This document shows, piece by piece, positions 13,601-24,365 of a DNA stretch of 64,000 nt (positions are counted from its first letter, which is position 1; the number at the start of each line of letters is the position of its first letter). The position numbers and the translations under genes were made by a program. Under the pieces are notes generated by a model, which was not told where the DNA came from, did not search any database, and was given only the letters and a program-made list of their open reading frames with translations. The stretch is taken from the NCBI GenBank assembly GCA_964057225.1, contig OZ059894.1, positions 13,826,001 through 13,890,000 of the forward strand. The letters are read 5' to 3'. The DNA is from Auanema rhodensis. Taxonomy: Eukaryota > Animalia > Nematoda.

Positions 13601-16600
13601 TGTTCACAAAAAAGTTCAGGCTGAGCACACGATCTGACCGGTGATTCTCCTTTTTTCTCATCGATCATAGATTTTATACAATGAAAAACATACAGAACTT
13701 GGGTATTGAAATCTCCAGAATCTGCATATCCTACTGAGACTTGGCTGGAATCTCTCAATTTTCCGGAAAAAGGGTTTATGTCAAGCCTATACGCAAGAAT
13801 GTTCACAAAAAAGTTCAGGCTGAGCACACGATCTGACCGGTGATTCTCCCTTTTTCTCATCGATCATAGATTTTATTCAATGAAAAATATACAGAACTTG
13901 GGTATTGGAACCTCCAAAATCTGAATATCCTACTAAGACTTGGCTGGAATCTCTCAATTTTCCGGAAAAAGGGTTTATGTCAAGCCTATACGCAAGAATG
14001 TTCACAAAAAAGTTCAGGCTGAGCACACGATATGACCGATGATTCTCCCTTTTTCTCATCGATCATAGATTTTATACAATGAAAAACATACAGAACTTGG
14101 GTATTGAAATCTCCAGAATCTGAATATCCTACTAAGACTTGGCTGGAATCTCTCAATTTTCCGGAAAAAGGGTTTATGTCAAGCCTATACGCAAGAATGT
14201 TCACAAAAAAGTTTAGGCTGAGCACACGATCTGACCGGTGATTCTCCCTTTTTCTCATCGATCATAGATTTTATTCAATAAAAAATATACAGAACTTGGG
14301 TATTGAAACCTCCAGAATCTGATAATCCTACTAAGACTTGGCTGGAATCTCTCAATTTTCCGGAAAAAGGGTTTATGTCAAGCCTATACGCAAGAATGTT
14401 CACAAAAAAGTTCAGGCTGAGCACACGATCTGACCGATGATTCTCCCTTTTTCTCATCGATCATAGATTTTATTCAATAAAAAATATACAGAACTTGGGT
14501 ATTGAAACCTCCAGAATCTAAATATCCTACTAAGACTTGGCTGGAATCTCTCAATTTTCCGGAAAAAGGGTTTATGTCAAGCCTATACGCAAGAATGTTC
14601 ACAAAAAAGTTCAGGCTGAGCACACGATCTGAGCGGTAATTCTCCCTTTTTCTCATCGATCATAGATTTTATTCAATAAAAAATATACAGAACTTGGGTA
14701 ATGAAATCTCCAGAATCTGCATATCCTACTGAGACTTGACTGGAATTTCTCAATTTTCCGGAAAAAGGGTTTATGTCAAGCCTATACGCAAGAATGTTCA
14801 CAAAAAAGTTCAGGCTGAGCACACGATCTGACCGGTGATTCTCCCTTTTTCTCATCGATTATAGATTTTATTCAATGAAAAACATATAGAACTTGGGTAT
14901 TGAAATCTCCAGAATCTGAATATCCTACTAAGACTTGGCTGGAATCTCTCCATTTTCCGGAAAAAGGGTTTATGCCAAGCCTATACGCAAGAATGTTCAC
15001 AAAAAAGTTCAGGCTGAGCAGACGATCTGACCGGTGATTCTCACCTTTTTCTCATCGATCATAGATTTTATTCAATGAAAAACATATAGAACTTGGGTAT
15101 TGAAATCTCCAGAATCTGAATATCCTACTAAGACTTGGCTGGAATCTCTCCATTTTCCGGAAAAAGGGTTTATGTCAAGCCTATACGCAAGAATGTTCAC
15201 AAAAAAGTTCAGGCTGAGCACACGATCTGACCGGTGATTCTCCCTTTTTCTCATCGATCATAGATTTTATTCAATGAAAAACATATAGAACTTGGGTATT
15301 GAAATCTCCAGAATCTGAATATCCTACTAAGACTTGACTGGAATCTCTCAATTTTCCGGAAAAAGGGTTTATGTCAAGCCTATACGCAAGAATGTTCACA
15401 AAAAAGTTCAGGCTGAGCAGACGATCTGACCGGTGATTCTCACCTTTTCTCATCGATCATAGATTTTATTCAATGAAAAACATATAGAACTTGGGTATTG
15501 AAATCTCCAGAATCTGAATATCCTACTAAGACTTGGCTGGAATCTCTTAATTTTCCGGAAAAAGGGTTTATGCCAAGCCTATGCGCAAGAATGTTCACAA
15601 AAAAGTTCAGGCTGAGCAGACGATCTGACCGGTGATTCTCCCTTTTTCTCATCGATCATAGATTTTATTCAATGAAAAATATACAGAACTTGGGTATTGA
15701 CACCTCCAGAATCTGAATATCTTATTGAGACTTGGCTGGAATCTTTCAATTTTCCGGAAAAAGGGTTTATGCCTAGCCTATGCGCAAGAATGTTCACAAA
15801 AAAGTTCAGGCTGAGCAGACGATCTGACCGGTGATTCTCCCTTTTTCTCATCGATCATAGATTTTATTCAATGAAAAATATACAGAACTTGGGTATTGAA
15901 ACCTCCAGAATCTGAATATCTTACTGAGACTTGGCTGGAATCTCTCAATTTTCCGGAAAAAGGGTTTATGAAAAGCGTATACGCAAGAATGTTCACAAAA
16001 AAGTTCAGGCTGAGCAGACGATCTGACCGGTGATTCTCACCTTTTCTCATCGATCATAGATTTTATTCAATGAAAAATATACAGAACTTGGGTATTGAAA
16101 CCTCCAGAATCTGAATATCTTACTGAGACTTGGCTGGAATCTCTCAATTTTCAGAAAAAAGGGTTTATGAAAAGCCTAAACGCAAGAATTTTCACAAAAA
16201 AGTTCAGGCTGAGCAGACGATCTGACCGGTGATTCTCACCTTTTCTCATCGATCATAGATTTTATTCAATAAAAAATATACAGAACTTGGGTATTGAAAC
16301 CTCCAGAATCTGAATATCTTACTGAAACTTGGCTGGAATCTCTCAATTTTGCGGAAACAGGGTTTATGAAAAGCCTAAACGCAAGAATTTTCACAAAAAA
16401 GTTCAGGCTGAGCAGACGATCTGACCGGTGATTCTCACCTTTTCTCATCGATCATAGATTTTATTCAATGAAAAATATACAGAACTTGGGTATTGAAACC
16501 TCCAGAATCTGAATATCTTACTGAGACTTGGCTGGAATCTCTCAATTTTCCGGAAAAAGGGTTTATGTCAAGCTTATACGCAAGAATGTTCACAAAAAAG

Positions 16601-19600
16601 TTCAGGCTGAGCAGACGATCTGACCGGTGATTCTCACCTTTTCTCATCGATCATAGATTTTATTCAATGAAAAATATACAGAACTTGGGTATTGAAACCT
16701 CCAGAATCTGAATATCTTACTGAGACTTGGCTGGAATCTCTCAATTTTCCGGAAAAAGGGTTTATGAAAAGCGTATACGCAAGAATGTTCACAAAAATTT
16801 CAGGCTGAGCAGACGATCTGACCGGTGATTCTCACCTTTTCTCATCGATCATAGATTTTATTCAATGAAAAACATATAGAACTTGGGTATTGAAATCTCC
16901 AGAATCTGAATATCCTACTAAGACTTGACTGGAATCTCTAAATTTTCCGGAAAAAGGGTTTATTTCAAGCCTATACGCAAGAATGTTCACAAAAAAGTTC
17001 AGGCTGAGCACACGATCTGACCGGTAATTCTCCCTTTTTCTCATCGATCATAGATTTTATTCAATAAAAAATATACAGAACTTGGGTATTGAAACCTCCA
17101 GAATCTGAATATCTTACTGAAACTTGGCTGGAATCTCTCAATTTTGCGGAAAAAGGGTTTATGAAAAGCCTATACGCAAGAATGTTCACAAAAAATTTCA
17201 GGCTGAGCAGACGATCTGACCGGTGATTCTCACCTTTTCTCATCGATCATAGATTTTATTCAATAAAAAATATACAGAACTTGGGTATTGAAACCTCCAG
17301 AATCTGAATATCTTACTGAAACTTGGCTGGAATCTCTTAATTTTCCGGAAAAAGGGTTTATGCCAAGCCTATACGCAAGAATTTTCACAAAAAAGTTCTG
17401 GCTGAGCACACCATCTGACCGGTGATTCTCACCTTTTCTCATCGATCATAGATTTTATTCAATAAAAAATATACAGAACTTGGGTATTGAAACCTCCAAG
17501 ATCTGAATATCTTACTGAGACTTGGCTGGAATCTCTCAATTTTCCGGAAAAAGGGTTTATGTCAAGCCTATACGCAAGAATGTTCACAAAAAAGTTCAGG
17601 CTGAGCAGACGATCTGACCGGTGATTCTCACCTTTTCTCATCGATCATAGATTTTATTCAATAAAAAATATACAGAACTTGGGTATTGAAACCTCCAAGA
17701 TCTGAATATATTACTGAGACTTGGCTGGAATCTCTCAATTTTCCGGAAAAAGGGTTTATGTCAAGCTTATACGCAAGAATGTTCACAAAAAAGTTCAGGC
17801 TGAGCAGACGATCTGACCGGTGATTCTCACCTTTTCTCATCGATCATAGATTTTATTCAATGAAAAACATATAGAACTTGGGTATTGAAATCTCCAGAAT
17901 CTGAATATCCTACTAAGACTTGACTGGAATCTCTCAATTTTCCGGAAAAAGGGTTTATTTCAAGCCTATACGCAAGAATGTTCACAAAAAAGTTCAGGCT
18001 GAGCACACGATCTGACCGGTAATTCTCCCTTTTTCTCATCGATCCTAGATTTTAATCAATGAAAAATATACAGAACTTGGGTATTGAAACCTCCAGAATC
18101 TGAATATCTTACTGAGACTTGGCTGGAATCTCTTAATTTTCCGGAAAAAGGGTTTATGCCAAGCCTATACGCAAGAATGTTCACAAAAAAGTTCAGGCTG
18201 AGCAGACGATCTGACCGGTAATTCTCCCTTTTTCTCATCGATCCTAGATTTTAATCAATGAAAAATATACAGAACTTGGGTATTGAAACCTCCAGAATCT
18301 GAATATCTTACTGAGACTTGGCTGGAATCTCTTAATTTTCCGGAAAAAGGGTTTATGCCAAGCCTATACGCAAGAATGTTCACAAAAAAGTTCAGGCTGA
18401 GCACACGATCTGACCGGTGATTCTCCCTTTTTCTCATCGATCATAGATTTTATTCAATGAAAAATATACAGAACTTGGGTATTGAAACCTCCAGAATCTG
18501 AATATCTTATTGAGACTTGGCTGGAATCTCTCAATTTTCCGGAAAAAGGGTTTATGGCAAGCCTATACGCAAGAATGTTCACAAAAAAGTTCAGGCTGAG
18601 CACATGATCTGACCGGTGATTCTCCCTTTTTCTCATCGATCATAGATTTTATTCAATGAAAAATATACAGAACTTGGGTATTGACACCTCCAGAATCTGA
18701 ATATCTTACTGAGACTTGGCTGGAATCTTTCAATTTTCCGGAAAAAGGGTTTATGCCAAGCCTATACGCAAGAATGTTCACAAAAAAGTTCAGGCTGAGC
18801 ACACGATCTGACCGGTGATTCTCCCTTTTTGTCATCGATCATAGATTTTATTCAATGAAAAATATACAGAACTTGGGTATTGAAACCTCCAGAATCTGAA
18901 TATCTTATTGAGACTTGGCTGGAATCTTTCAATTTTCCGGAAAAAGGGTTTATGAAAAGCCTATACGCAAGAATGTTCACAAAAAAGTTCAGGCTGAGCA
19001 CACGATCTGACCGGTGATTCTCACCTTTTCTCATCGATCATAGATTTTATTCAATGAAAAATATACAGAACTTGGGTATTGACACCTCCAGAATCTGAAT
19101 ATCTTATTGAGACTTGGCTGGAATCTTTCAATTTTCCGGAAAAAGGGTTTATGCCTAGCCTATGCGCAAGAATGTTCACAAAAAAGTTCAGGCTGAGCAG
19201 ACGATCTGACCGGTGATTCTCCCTTTTTCTCATCGATCATAGATTTTATTCAATGAAAAATATACAGAACTTGGGTATTGACACCTCCAGAATCTGAATA
19301 TCTTACTGAGACTTGGCTGGAATCTTTCAATTTTCCGGAAAAAAGGTTTATGCCTAGCCTATGCGCAAGAATGTTCACAAAAAAGTTCAGGCTGAGCACA
19401 CGATCTGACCGGTGATTCTCACCTTTTCTCATCGATCATAGATTTTATTCAATGAAAAATATACAGAACTTGGGTATTGACACCTCCAGAATCTGAATAT
19501 CTTATTGAGACTTGGCTGGAATCATTCAATTTTCCGGAAAAAGGGTTTATGCCTAGCCTATGCGCAAGAATGTTCACAAAAAAGTTCAGGCTGAGCAGAC

Positions 19601-22600
19601 GATCTGACCGGTGATTCTCACCTTTTCTCATCGATCATAGATTTTATTCAATGAAAAATATACAGAACTTGGGTATTGACACCTCCAGAATCTGAATATC
19701 TTATTGAGACTTGGCTGGAATCTTTCAATTTTCCGGAAAAAGGGTTTATGTCAAGCCTATACGCAAGAATGTTCACAAAAAAGTTCAGGCTGAGCACACG
19801 ATCTGACCGGTGATTCTCCCTTTTTGTCATCGATCATAGATTTTATTCAATGAAAAATATACAGAACTTGGGTATTGACACCTCCAGAATCTGAATATCT
19901 TACTGAGACTTGGCTGGAATCTTTCAATTTTCCGGAAAAAAGGTTTATGCCTAGCCTATGCGCAAGAATGTTCACAAAAAAGTTCAGGCTGAGCACACGA
20001 TCTGACCGGTGATTCTCACCTTTTCTCATCGATCATAGATTTTATTCAATGAAAAATATACAGAACTTGGGTATTGACACCTCCAGAATCTGAATATCTT
20101 ATTGAGACTTGGCTGGAATCTTTCAATTTTCCGGAAAAAGGGTTTATGCCTAGCCTATACGCAAGAATGTTCACAAAAAAGTTCAGGCTGAGCACACGAT
20201 CTGACCGGTGATTCTCCCTTTTTGTCATCGATCATAGATTTTATTCAATGAAAAATATACAGAACTTGGGTATTGAAACCTCCAGAATCTGAATATCTTA
20301 CTGAGACTTGGCTGGAATCTCTCAATTTTCCAGAAAAAGGGTTTATGCCAAGCCTATACGCAAGAATGTTCACAAAAAAGTTCAGGCTGAGCACACGATC
20401 TGACCGGTGATTCTCACCTTTTCTCATCGATCATAGATTTTATTCAATGAAAAATATACAGAACTTGGGTATTGAAACCTCCAGAATCTGAATATCTTAC
20501 TGAGACTTGGCTGGAATCTCTCAATTTTCCAGAAAAAGGGTTTATGCCAAGCCTATACGCAAGAATGTTCACAAAAAAGTTCAGGCTGAGCACACGATCT
20601 GACCGGTGATTCTCACCTTTTCTCATCGATCATAGATTTTATTCAATGAAAAATATACAGAACTTGGGTATTGACACCTCCAGAATCTGAATATCTTATT
20701 GAGACTTGGCTGGAATCTTTCAATTTTCCGGAAAAAGGGTTTATGTCAAGCCTATACGCAAGAATGTTCACAAAAAAGTTCAGGCTGAGCACACGATCTG
20801 ACCGGTGATTCTCCCTTTTTCTCATCGATCATAGATTTTATTCAATGAAAAATATACAGAACTTGGGTATTGACACCTCCAGAATCTGAATATCTTATTG
20901 AGACTTGGCTGGAATCTCTCAATTTTCCGGAAAAAGGGTTTATGTCAAGCCTATACGCAAGAATGTTCACAAAAAAGTTCAGGCTGAGCACACGATCTGA
21001 CCGGTGATTCTCCCTTTTTGTCATCGATCATAGATTTTATTCAATGAAAAATATACAGAACTTGGGTATTGACACCTCCAGAATCTGAATATCTTATTGA
21101 GACTTGGCTGGAATCTCTCAATTTTCCGGAAAAAGGGTTTATGTCACGCCTATACGCAAGAATGTTCACAAAAAAGTTCAGGCTGAGCACACGATCTGAC
21201 CGGTGATTCTCCCTTTTTGTCATCGATCATAGATTTTATTCAATGAAAAATATACAGAACTTGGGTATTGAAACCTCCAGAATCTGAATATCTTACTGAG
21301 ACTTGGCTGGAATCTTTCAATTTTCCTGAAAAAGGGTTTATGAAAAGCCTATACGCAAGAATGTTCACAAAAAAGTTCAGGCTGAGCACACGATCTGACC
21401 GGTGATTCTCACCTTTTCTCATCGATCATAGATTTTATTCTATGAAAAATATACAGAACTTGGGTATTGACACCTCTAGAATCTGAATATCTTATTGAGA
21501 CTTGGCTGGAATCTTTCAATTTTCCGGAAAAAGGGTTTATGTCAAGCCTATACGCAAGAATGTTCACAAAAAAGTTCAGGCTGAGCACACGATCTGACCG
21601 GTGATTCTCACCTTTTCTCATCGATCATAGATTTTATTCAATGAAAAATATACAGAACTTGGGTATTGACACCTCCAGAATCTGAATATCTTATTGAGAC
21701 TTGGCTGGAATCTTTCAATTTTCCGGAAAAAGGGTTTATGTCAAGCCTATACGCAAGAATGTTCACAAAAAAGTTCAGGCTGAGCACACGATCTGACCGG
21801 TGATTCTCACCTTTTCTCATCGATCATAGATTTTATTCAATGAAAAATATACAGAACTTGGGTATTGACACCTCCAGAATCTGAATATCTTATTGAGACT
21901 TGGCTGGAATCTTTCAATTTTCCGGAAAAAGGGTTTATGCCTAGCCTATGCGCAAGAATGTTCACAAAAAAGTTCAGGCTGAGCAGACGATCTGACCGGT
22001 GATTCTCCCTTTTTCTCATCGATCATAGATTTCATTCAATGAAAAATATACAGAACTTGGGTATTGACACCTCCAGAATCTGAATATCTTATTGAGACTT
22101 GGCTGGAATCTTTCAATTTTCCGGAAAAAGGGTTTATGTCAAGCCTATACGCAAGAATGTTCACAAAAAAGTTCAGGCTGAGCACACGATCTGACCGGTG
22201 ATTCTCACCTTTTCTCATCGATCATAGATTTTATTCAATGAAAAATATACAGAACTTGGGTATTGAAACCTCGAGAATCTGAATATCTTATTGAGACTTG
22301 GCTGGAATCTTTCAATTTTCCGGAAAAAGGGTTTATGTCAAGCCTATACGCAAGAATGTTCACAAAAAAGTTCAGGCTGAGCACACGATCTGACCGGTGA
22401 TTCTCACCTTTTCTCATCGATCATAGATTTTATTCAATGAAAAATATACAGAACTTGGGTATTGAAACCTCCAGAATCTGAATATCTTACTGAGACTTGG
22501 CTGGAATCTTTCAATTTTCCTGAAAAAGGGTTTATGAAAAGCCTATACGCAAGAATGTTCACAAAAAAGTTCAGGCTGAGCACACGATCTGACCGGTGAT

Positions 22601-24081
22601 TCTCACCTTTTCTCATCGATCATAGATTTTATTCAATGAAAAATATACAGAACTTGGGTATTGACACCTCCAGAATCTGAATATCTTACTGAGACTTGGC
22701 TGGAATCTTTCAATTTTCCAGAAAAAGGGTTTATGTCAAGCCTATACGCAAGAATGTTCACAAAAAAGTTCAGGCTGAGCACACGATCTGACCGGTGATT
22801 CTCCCTTTTTCTCATCGATCATAGATTTTATTCAATGAAAAATATACAGAACTTGGGTATTGACACCTCCAGAATCTGAATATCTTACTGAGACTTGGCT
22901 GGAATCTTTCAATTTTCCAGAAAAAGGGTTTATGTCAAGCCTATACGCAAGAATGTTCACAAAAAAGTTCAGGCTGAGCACACGATCTGACCGGTGATTC
23001 TCACCTTTTCTCATCGATCATAGATTTTATTCAATGAAAAATATACAGAACTTGGGTATTGACACCTCCAGAATCTGAATATCTTACTGAGACTTGGCTG
23101 GAATCTTTCAATTTTCCAGAAAAAGGGTTTATGTCAAGCCTATACGCAAGAATGTTCACAAAAAAGTTCAGGCTGAGCAGACGATCTGACCGGTGATTCT
23201 CCCTTTTTCTCATCGATCATAGATTTCATTCAATGAAAAATATACAGAACTTGGGTATTGACACCTCCAGAATCTGAATATCTTATTGAGACTTGGCTGG
23301 AATCTTTCAATTTTCCGGAAAAAGGGTTTATGTCAAGCCTATACGCAAGAATGTTCACAAAAAAGTTCAGGCTGAGCACACGATCTGACCGGTGATTCTC
23401 ACCTTTTCTCATCGATCATAGATTTTATTCAATGAAAAATATACAGAACTTGGGTATTGAAACCTCCAGAATCTGAATATCTTATTGAGACTTGGCTGGA
23501 ATCTTTCAATTTTCCGGAAAAAGGGTTTATGTCAAGCCTATACGCAAGAATGTTCACAAAAAAGTTCAGGCTGAGCACACGATCTGACCGGTGATTCTCA
23601 CCTTTTCTCATCGATCATAGATTTTATTCAATGAAAAATATACAGAACTTGGGTATTGAAACCTCCAGAATCTGAATATCTTACTGAGACTTGGCTGGAA
23701 TCTTTCAATTTTCCTGAAAAAGGGTTTATGAAAAGCCTATACGCAAGAATGTTCACAAAAAAGTTCAGGCTGAGCACACGATCTGACCGGTGATTCTCAC
23801 CTTTTCTCATCGATCATAGATTTTATTCAATGAAAAATATACAGAACTTGGGTATTGACACCTCCAGAATCTGAATATCTTACTGAGACTTGGCTGGAAT
23901 CTTTCAATTTTCCAGAAAAAGGGTTTATGTCAAGCCTATACGCAAGAATGTTCACAAAAAAGTTCAGGCTGAGCACACGATCTGACCGGTGATTCTCCCT
24001 TTTTCTCATCGATCATAGATTTTATTCAATGAAAAATATACAGAACTTGGGTATTGAAACCTCCAGAATCTGAATATCCTA
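10657..24081. repeat. 199-bp tandem satellite, ~67.5 copies
   Basis: The 199-bp period is visible directly and in the spacing of the ORF track. Monomers differ by a few substitutions and rare 1-bp indels. Each contains the palindrome TTTTCCGGAAAA, mutated in some copies. Confidence 0.99.
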
Positions 24082-24365
24082 TTTCTTAATCTGATTTGAA
24101 ATTGGAAAAAAAATAATAGAAAATTAAAAATATATGAATATTTTATTAAAATATATACAAATTGTTGCAATAAAATTGGCAATAAGCAGTTAAAAGCTTC
24201 ATATAATCTCAGCAGTATGAAATGAATATTCGTATGTATCAAACGATGATTGGAAGCAATTTTTGGTTTTTTTCTTCAGAATTTCAATTTTTAAATACAA
24301 AAATGTGAGGATTTTTATTATTAATTGCTAAGCGAGTGTATAAGCTAACTAGATTCTTTCATATG

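Noticed and set aside
10693-24009. ~64 near-identical 60-aa ORFs (MRKRENHRSD...) as a tandem gene family
   Set aside because: They are a by-product of the 199-bp satellite. Only 16 bp separate the ORFs, variants are largely non-synonymous, and several units carry frameshifts or stops.
10657-24081. 5S rRNA or U snRNA gene array
   Set aside because: No 5S or U1/U2/U4/U5/U6 sequence is recognisable in the monomer on either strand.
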